Shown here piece after piece: positions 54,471-64,000 of a stretch of 64,000 nucleotides of DNA. Below the pieces are notes generated by a model that saw only the letters and a program-made list of their open reading frames with translations, did not search any database and was not told where the DNA came from. The DNA is taken from contig OX597822.1 of the NCBI GenBank assembly GCA_951406725.2, positions 86,800,001 to 86,864,000 on the forward strand, given 5' to 3'. This DNA is from Octopus vulgaris. Lineage: Eukaryota. Both the position numbers and the translations under genes were made by a program. Positions within the stretch are counted from its first letter, which is position 1, and each line of letters begins with the position of its first letter.

Positions 54471-56633
54471 GTCGGTGTCCCTTTCGGAGTCCAAACAATC
54501 AGCCCCTAGTATCTCCTCGGACAACCAGCTATTAGGACATAATACCCCTAAGATAAAGTGCGAAATAGAACAAAACCACCTCAATTATATTTTGTTTTTC
54601 AACTTTCATACTATTTAATATCATTAAAATTAGAAGAAAAAATGATTGAAGTAGTTTGTTACTGAAGTAATCCTGAAAAACATAATCTTTCTTCGTGTTG
54701 GTTCACTCCACCTGACTGTTGTTTTCTATACCTGAGCACTGTAATTCCCCATGGAAAGGTGAAAATACCTTCCTAAAAAAAATTAAAAAACAAGCAAACA
54801 AACAAAAAAGAACTAGAAGTGCAACAGAAGGCTAATAGTACAACCTAGCACCAAGGAAAGAATGCAGACAGTTAAGGATAAAGAAAAACACTGACCTGCT
54901 TCCATTTATGATCCGCAAACTTGGCATTCACTAACTCCTTCCATTACTAAACAATTATTTTTAACAGAGACTCATTGGAGAAGAGTTCAGTCGATTAAAT
55001 CTATCGCAGTATTGGACAGGTTCTTATTTTATCGATCTCGGAACTATTTAAACTTCGGACATAATATTTAAATGCTGCCAGGCATTTGGTTTGGCGCTCT
55101 ACCGATTCACTCTATCGATCGCTTCTAAAGCCAAATATTGATTTCCAACTCAGGTGCTAAACGATGAATAATGGGTGGTGGTGGGATTACAATCAATGAA
55201 ATCGACCGCAGTACTTGACTGGAACTTTATTTATCGATCTCAGAAAGATGAATGGTAAAGCTGACTCTGACAGGATTTGGAATCTGAGCGCAACGAACAA
55301 TGATTCACATAAAAACAAAAATTTACAACTGTAAATATGGTAACCTCTGGTAATCTCTATTACTTCACTCCAGCTGTTAGAAATAGCAGTCAAACATCAC
55401 TCAAACCACACTGTTATTGGATAATATCGGGTAATGTAGTCCAAAATTCACACTGCTTAAAGAATTGGTGGTCTTTGCTGGGAGGTCCTGATCATAAATC
55501 TAGGTCAGATCTGACCAGAGGCCAACCAGCAGCAGCAACAATAACAACTATTTGTTCCACATTATTTGTTCAAAGGTTGCATAATGCTGTGTCAAAAGCT
55601 GTATTTCTAGATACCTGATCCCTTTTCAGGGCCGATAAAATATGTAACAATCGTAGTTCTGTTTTTTAATGCCTTATTTTGGAGAGGAAAAACTGTGCTC
55701 ATGACTGCTTTCAGGGTCCTCCTGGTCGGGGAAAGAAGTGATCCTCACACAAGCGAGCATCTCGCCTGAATGCTTCCAACAAAGTACAACAAATGCAACA
55801 AGTGGCAGTGTTTAACCGAGGGACACTCGACCACTCAGGTATCTGATCGATAGACCCCCCACCACCACCACCGACATGCTTCTGTAGGGTTTCAATTTCT
55901 TTTCATTCACAACTTCAGAAGTTCATAACGGAAAAGAAAGAAAAAAACAAAACAAAACAAAACGAAAAACTAAGTAAATTGCGAAGTGAACAAATCAACA
56001 GACCATTCACTAAGCAGCACCATTATCAAAGAGATTTCAATCTTGACAATTCCATCAAGCTATTGCCAGATTACATGATTTAATGTGTCCTTTTAAAGAC
56101 GGCAGAATGTTTTGAGAGAGATTTGGTTGCTATTCCTAAAAAATCACATTCTTGTATAGAATCAGCTTTCGCACCAAAAATACACGACGTGTGCATCTGA
56201 GCGTTGTATACAACAATTTCATTATTATTGTTAAAATTTTCAGTAATATCTATTTATTGGCCTTTAAAAAGGTCCTTTTAAAGCTATTCATGAACTTAAC
56301 ACAGTTCCTATGTAGTTTCTGCATCTTCTCATTTTCGCATTTCTTAGAAAAGAAAATGGCGTCGTTGCATGAAACTAACTTGGCTTTACCGCGTCTTTTG
56401 TTTCCCTTGACCTTGTTTAATTCACAAACCCCTTCCTTCAACAACTTCAATGAAACTTGAAGTTGTACGTCTTCTTTTTCTTAATTTATTCTTCAATTCT
56501 ATCCCTATACTTTTTCCTTTTCGTCATTCTCACTTTCTTCTGCTCCACCACCATACCCGCTCACATCTCTATGCATATACATACGCATATATACATATGT
56601 GATTGTCTGTGTGTGTTTGTGAGAGCGTGTATT

Positions 56634-56718
<85 letters not shown>

Positions 56719-56797
56719 TATGTTTGTATGTAAGTATATATATATGTGTGTATCAAAATAGAGAAACATCTGTGCGCGCACCCTTCATTATATATAC

Positions 56798-56846
<49 letters not shown>

Positions 56847-57664
56847 GAAAATCTACGTGGAGTTCTGATACAGTAGCAGTCGTACATCTAACTGTACACA
56901 CAAGATACGTGTGTGTGTGTGTGTGTGTGTGTGTATGTATTATGCACACTCACAAATAAGCATATATGTATATGTAAACATACATATACGCACGTATACA
57001 GATGTATTTGCATATATTATTTAGGGTTTATCTGTATATCTGTCTATGAACATACGTGTACCACACACACACATAAACACTCAAGTGTGTGTATATATGT
57101 GTGTGAATATGGCACCCGTTGTTTAGTTACATATTATATATCATCGTTTATATTTCATCTCCTCCTGTCTTGTCTAGAACTCGTTTTCTTTTATGTCCGT
57201 TTTATCTGTCTACCAGTGTCTTCTTTGAGAGAGAGAGAGAGAGAGACAAACGGACAGACAAACAGAGGCGAGAGGTGGGGGAAGGAAAGACTAGGAGGAT
57301 GGTAAAGAAGAAGATAGAGAAATAGATAACGACGATGTGATCCAATTGAGAAGCTGGCTGGGGCTGGTTGTCTCGAACAAGTGTCTTCTTTCTCTTATTC
57401 AGTTTTGTTTTTATGTTTCTTAGCCGTGTCGCTGTGTAAGTGGGTCTGAGGGGAAGTGTGAGTAAAGGGGTGGGGGAAAGGCTTTCTTTGGGGTTTGTGG
57501 AGGGAGGGGATGATAGAGATGGAAGGGGAGAGGAGGGAGATTGAAGGCATTGCTGACCGTGGGAACATTGTCCCGTAAAAAAAAAATTAACTGACCTCAG
57601 TAGGAAACGCAAACACACGTATACACGCATTCACCATTCGACAAATGCCATACATGTGCGCGCG

Positions 57665-57723
<59 letters not shown>

Positions 57724-58843
57724 ATATATGCACACACAGCAAATATGTTTGCTGTACTATTTTTCAGAGTTAATACTAGTAAGATCCACCCTTGACTTTT
57801 TCTCCTCCACCAAATCGCGCTCTCCTTCACCCAACCCACTTTCGTTTCGCATCCCCTTCATCTTTATTTCTGTCACGGACCTACATCATCTCCTTACTCT
57901 TCTTTTATGTCTTCCTTTTCTATCTATTTTCCTTCTTTTCTTTCTTCATCAATCCACACATCAATCCACCCATTCATCTGCCCATTCGTCCACCCGTCCA
58001 ATTTATCCATCTAGCCTTCATGCCGTTCTATCATTTTATTATTTTCCTTTTAGTGATGTCGAGAATAAGAATTGAAACAGTTTCCGCGTTAGTAAGTGTA
58101 TCGAGTGAGATTGAACGTCAACAAAAAGTGAATTTTTATGTGATTATAATGTAGCTGCTTGAAACTGCAACCAAATCCTCTGAAAATCATACACACCTGT
58201 CTTAAAAAAAGGAAGGATACATTGATAATGTTGACGCACTTATACAAGATGGTGGTAGCTGAAATGCTTTTGATCATGAAGTCTGCTGAGACTAAACAAA
58301 CATAAAACTTCGTATTAAAGCTTTTATATATCAACGCAGCAATCATTTTGAAACTCTGGACAACACGTATCAACGAATGTTTTCCATCCTTTTGATTGAT
58401 GTTGTTTGATTGATGCTTTTCATTGATATTTTTGATTGATACTATTTCGACATTTTGTCAGATTCTATCACAATGTCTTTTCTTTAGTATTCTCATTGAA
58501 TAATCCATATTTTCTTTCTTTTTAGCGATATAGATAAAGTCTGAAAGTCAATGTGTCTATATATTGTGCACCCCACTCCAACACTGAAAGCCCATAAACG
58601 GATGGCAGCTCAGTGTAACGACCCTCAACAGCGTTCAGCTGTCGACCTGGTTTGTCTTTCGCTATTATGGCTGATTCTTCTCAAATCTTAAACCTCCTCC
58701 TTATTCTCCCCTCCTTCTTTGTGTTGGTTGAGCACTCTCAGTAACAGAATAACATGGAAAAATTCCAATGCGTTCCGAAATATGCATGCACTCCTTTCCT
58801 ATTATGCTTTAATATTTCATTGACCTTGCATGTCAATTTATGC

Positions 58844-58874
<31 letters not shown>

Positions 58875-59414
58875 TGTATGTATGTATGTATGTATGTATG
58901 TATGTATGTATGTATGTATGTATGTATGTATGTTTGTTTGTTTGTATGTATGTATGTATGTATGTATGTATGTATGTATGTATGTATGTATGTATGTATG
59001 TATGTATGTATGTATGTATGTATGTATGTTATGTATGTATGTAATTAATAACAATAATTCTTGGATGGAAATTATAAATATTTAATACATTGCTACACGC
59101 GTTTCCACAAATCGCATAATTTTGACATCAGAGTCAGTATCCAAGGGATTAGTACAGTATAGTCTGTATTATCTGTGGGCATCATCATTGATCATCATCA
59201 TCGATTCATTTCATCAGGTGATACTGCATTATTAGATGAATCACAGAGGGATGTTTATCTCTTCTTGCCAGTATGAAGGCCAATCTGGTTATGTGGGTAT
59301 TTCTGTATGTATTTGGTAAGGGGAGGTAGGTGATGGGAGTAGAGGAAGGAATGTTAGTAATATGGGGATGGGGGTATGTGTGATGGTAGTGGTGGATTTA
59401 TTTGCTATTCATTC

Positions 59415-59460
<46 letters not shown>

Positions 59461-59472
59461 ATAGAGAGAGAT

Positions 59473-60717
59473 GGGGGCGTAAGATATTTGAGGAGAGACT
59501 TACGTTTATAAAAACATATATATAATATATAACAAATAATAACTTAATCAAAAAATGCTATGAGGATAAAAATAAACCTTTTTTACTATAATGTTATTCT
59601 ATAAAGCCACCTTCAACTTCAACAACTATTTCTATATGAGATCTAAATCATCTACATGCTTGAATCAAGTGGTCCTGGTTCATTTTGGACATTACTCTGA
59701 CTATGGCAACTTTCAAAGAATCTTTGGTGTTATGGGTGTATTCATTGACCTCTCACTCAACAACGCTCCACATGTAATAGTCCAATGGATTGAGATCTGG
59801 GGAATTTAGGAGGTCAAATATTAGGGGTTATGTGACCATGAAAATTTTCAGCTATCCATTCCTGTGTTACTAGAGCCATGAGTGAAAGTGCAGAGTCTTA
59901 CTGAAACACATATGGCCTCCCATTGCATATATTGTCTATCCAGAGCTTCATAATTATTTCCAGGACCTCAATATAGGCGGCAGTTAACTCTAAGGCCTCG
60001 TGGAAAGTAAGGGGACATCATATGTCCTTCATTGATGACAACCCTTAAAACCATGACAGTTTCAGGAAATTTTGTATGTCTAACACTTGGGACTTCAGAA
60101 GGGTCTGCACATAGCCATCTGTCATTTCTTGATAACTTTTTGATCTTGGTCAAAGTCTTTCTCGTCTGAGAAAAAACGAAATCAAATCTTCTGCTGGATT
60201 TTTCAGTTTGTTTAAGAGCCTTTTAGATCTGATGTAGTGATTTTCTTTTGCTTTTTCGGACAAATTGATCTTTCCTCATCATATAAAACTTATATTTGAT
60301 GTCTTCGTGGACAACATTTCTGACTGTTCCTTCTGATACATGATCTTTTGCAATTGACTTCATGCACTTTCTGGGATTGTAATCAACGGTCTGTTGAAGT
60401 TGCTGGATAAATTCAGGTGTTTTGATGATTTCAGAGCATTTAGAATGCTTTTCATGCTTTGATACTGGTGATGCATTTCCATCTTCAGTCTCTAACTCCT
60501 TACACACTTTGTAGATGAAAGATCTGGCAACTTTTAAAAATCGAGATATTTCTAAATTGCTATACCCAACCTTTATAACCACAATAACAGCATGCCTCTT
60601 TACTTCTTGTGTAAGCTGAGGGTCTTCCGTTATTATTTTCTGAAAACAAAGATTACAAAGAGTAAGCAAAAAATGCAACAATGACCCAAAAAATGTATGT
60701 CCTCAAATACTTTACAC

Positions 60718-60722
<5 letters not shown>
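59473..60722 (-). mobile_element. Near full-length decayed Tc1/mariner element, maT (DD37D)-like
   Basis: HTH ORF 60223-60681; FSDEK, RNDRW, TKFP.TVMV, FQ*DSA, SPDLNPLDY; TIRs GGGGCGTAAGATATTTGAGGA / GGGTGTGTAAAGTATTTGAGGA. Confidence 0.85.
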
Positions 60723-60782
<60 letters not shown>

Positions 60783-61135
60783 CTAAAAATGGAACAAGAA
60801 CGCAATAGACGCCAATAAAACAAGGAGACTCTATAGAGTCGCAAGAAATAGTAGCCTAATCGCACAACTTATACCTTGCCATGTTACAAAATAGAGGTAC
60901 ATAATAATGTAGTTATAAATATTCCTAAACGGTAGGATGGCCATGGTTAGAATCCCCTTTTTACATAGGTCTGTCACATTCATGGTGGACAAAAATACGA
61001 AATTCATGGTCAAACATATTTTCAGTGATGTCCATCTTTATCGTCACTTTTGGAGCACAAATTGTGCCAAAGAAGGGATCTGGAAGGGTAAGTTATGTGG
61101 ATATCCTCTCATGCTAATAGCAGTCGAAGACCATC

Positions 61136-61215
<80 letters not shown>

Positions 61216-61219
61216 TTTT

Positions 61220-61405
61220 GATTCAGGTTTTGTTGGACCTACTGGAGCCGTGCATGTAGGCTTGCAAACTGCAGCCTACGGTACCATGCTATCTGTTCTT
61301 TTCAACTAACACTTTCCTCATGGTTCTGGCCACGCCAAGGCGACAAACCTTTTGCAATAGCTCTACTGGAAACACTATTCCCAATTTCTTTATATTCTTC
61401 AAATC
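61220..61405 (-). mobile_element. R4/Dong 3' end with (TAA)n tail; a second fragment lies at ~61800-62040
   Basis: VELLQKVCRLGVARTMRKVL followed on the minus strand by (AAT)n at 61137-61213. Confidence 0.7.
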
Positions 61406-61499
61406 CTCCCCCCTCCTCCTCCTCCTCCTCCTCCTCCTCATCATCATCATCATCATCATCAGCATCATCATCATTATCATTACCATCATTATTGTTATC

Positions 61500-61715
61500 A
61501 AGGCAGCGAGCTGGCAGAATAGTTAGCACGCTGGACAAAATGATTAGTAGCATTTCGTCTGTCCTTATGCTCTGAGTTCAAATTCCGCCGAGGTCTAGTT
61601 TGCCTTTCATCATTTCGTAGTCGATAGATTAAGTACCAGTGAAACACTAGGGTTGATGTAATCAACAAATCCTCTCCCCCAGAATTTCGGGCCTTGTGCC
61701 TTTAGTAGAAAGGAT
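61500..61715 (+). mobile_element. SINE family A
   Basis: Complete head, core and tail. Confidence 0.88.
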
Positions 61716-62046
61716 TTTATTATCATTATTACTATTGTTGTTGTTATTGTTTTGTTGGGTATGATGGAAAATGTCAGCAGACTAAGGTGACATTTGCTTA
61801 CTGGTCATGCTTCAAGAACCCTGCAGAGAACTCTGGCAGTTCCAAGCAATGATGATTTTTGTGGGTATTCTATCTTTACATTCGTTCCTAACTTTTGTTC
61901 CCTGTTAGTAGTTGGGTACTAATGCTTCCAAGCATGCCAATCACCTTCATTTTCTCCATTGTCCACAACATGCGTTATTTCCCACTTCAATTGATCATAG
62001 TTGTTCACCTTTTCTTCTTTCTCTTCAATTCTGTTGTCATCAGGAC

Positions 62047-62277
62047 ATGCGAGCTGGCAGAAACGTTAGCACGCCGGGCGAAATGCTTAGCGGTATTTCG
62101 TCTGCGTTACGTTGTGAGTTCAAATTCCGCCGAGGTCGACTTTGCCTTTCATCCTTTCGGGGTCGATAAATTAAGTACCAGTTACGCACTGGGGTCGATG
62201 TAATCGACTTAATACCTATGTCTGTCCTTGTTTGTCCCCTCTGTGTTTAGCCCCTTGTGGGTAATAAAGAAATAGGT
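62047..62277 (+). mobile_element. SINE family A, long-tail subtype, young-looking
   Basis: GCGAGCTGGCAGAAACGTTAGC...GCCTTTCATCCTTTCGGGGTCGATAAATTAAGTACCAG...TAAAGAAATAGG. Confidence 0.9.
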
Positions 62278-63070
62278 ATGTTTTTTTTCCTGTTCACTAC
62301 AGCAATGTCAGGTTTTCGCTGTTTAAACTGTTGGTCACACTGAACCATTGCATCCCGCAGGATTTTGTTATCCTCATTCTCATCAGTTTCGTCAATGAGA
62401 GTTTCGGTTGTTTAATCAACTGAAAAACATTGAAATGTCAGCACATGCGCCCTACGATCCGACGGCGTTACTCACAGCTCCAAAGAAAATGCATGATTTA
62501 CACAAGTCTAGCTGGAGAATTTTTTCCTGCGACTATTCCTACAGTGTAAGGCCTTACCACAATCGAATGCACTCAAACGTGTTAAAGGTGCTTTTACGCA
62601 TAAAATGATTGATTTACCCATTTTAAATACAATGTCTGCAGAACTGGTCCCTTGTTTTATAGATGTCGTCCATCCGACAAGAATATACGACAATTTCCGA
62701 TTACACTCTTTTCGCTGACAAGGCACGAGATAACCGGTGGATTATAGTAAAAAACCAAGGCGTTTACAATGTGGGATGGAACACGGGACAACACTGTTAA
62801 AAAACGAACTTCATAACCATTTGGTCACGGCAGGCACTGTATGAATATGATACAAATAGGAATTAAAGGAAAATAAACAACAACCAAATTGAATCAGAAT
62901 CGATCCCAAATTCTTCGTTAATCTCGATAAGCTGCCGAATCCTACGAATATGCGTGCTTTTAGCGATTACATACATACGTACGTACGTACGTACGTACAC
63001 ACTCATGCATGCATACATACATCTTTATGCGCGCACACAAGTGTGTGTCTTGTTTCATTTTATGTCCAGT

Positions 63071-63141
<71 letters not shown>

Positions 63142-63817
63142 CGCACGCGCGCGTACACAGACACATTATTCTGTTTTTCTTTTTATTTAATATTGTGTGA
63201 ACTAAATAGAGAAGAATTTCTTGTTAAAAGTGGCACAAGTTATCAGGTTTGACGAGATGAACCCAGTGAAAATGAGATGAGTCGAAAACAGTGACAGCAG
63301 CCGACACACGTGAAAAGAATAGAAAGAAAGAAAGAGAGACAGAAAGGGTGGGGTGAGTGAGGCTGGGGGAAGGGGAATTAGGAAATTAAGGAGAAAAATA
63401 TATGAAAACAAAGCAAAAATTGAGGAAAGTAACCCCCCCAAAATAAAAGAAAGAGGGAATTAGGTGAGTTGGTGTGAGTGTAGAGGGAGGTGGTAGAAAA
63501 TGAGAGATAGTTTGCATTTTTATATTCTCTCATCTGCCTTATTGCCTACTGAGTTGATTGTGTTGTCTCTTTAGTGGCGATGCTACACAACAGCTGCCGA
63601 ACATACGAACACTGCTCTTTGCTTTGCACTAGATGGCCCCGGGCCTGGCTGTTTTTCCATTTCCCGGCCCACAGAAACAAATACTATGTACTGGCATTTT
63701 AAAAAAATTATTATTTGCGAATGTTCATGAAATGCGCACGCGCGAGTGTAAATATATACGCGCATACATTCATATACATACATATATGCATTCATACATA
63801 TATAATATATATATATA

Positions 63818-63891
<74 letters not shown>

Positions 63892-64000
63892 TTACACACA
63901 TACATATACCCATACACCTACACTCAGGCATATATACAACAATTATCATTATTTAAACAAACATCTACACACGTATTCTCCCTCTTACACACACACACAC

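Overview
This is AT-rich, microsatellite-dense animal genomic DNA, probably intergenic or intronic. I could not support any host protein-coding exon, and almost all listed ORFs are read-throughs of (CA)n, (TA)n, (TATG)n or (CAT)n repeats. The SINE repertoire resembles that of Octopus, but this species call is an inference. The window holds many transposon relics: several Penelope-like elements (PLE; RT plus GIY-YIG, some with inverted pLTR heads), an RTE LINE and SINEs sharing its 3' tail, R4/Dong-type RLE fragments, a CR1-group LINE, a maT-like Tc1/mariner element, mariner MITEs, MULE and hAT relics and a non-autonomous Helitron. The ORF track misses a layer of about ten type-I hammerhead ribozyme (HHR) motifs. 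The most notable locus is 38.38-40.63 kb. It has a 362-bp near-perfect palindrome carrying an intact minimal HHR on each strand. Next to it is a ~2.85-copy tandem array of a ~492-nt, heavily base-paired, G:U-rich non-coding unit with an inverted head, resembling a retrozyme (circRNA retro-copy). Each unit has full HHR topology, but the core GAAA reads GGGA in all three copies, possibly from A-to-I editing fixed at retrotransposition. Structures were derived by eye, not by folding software.
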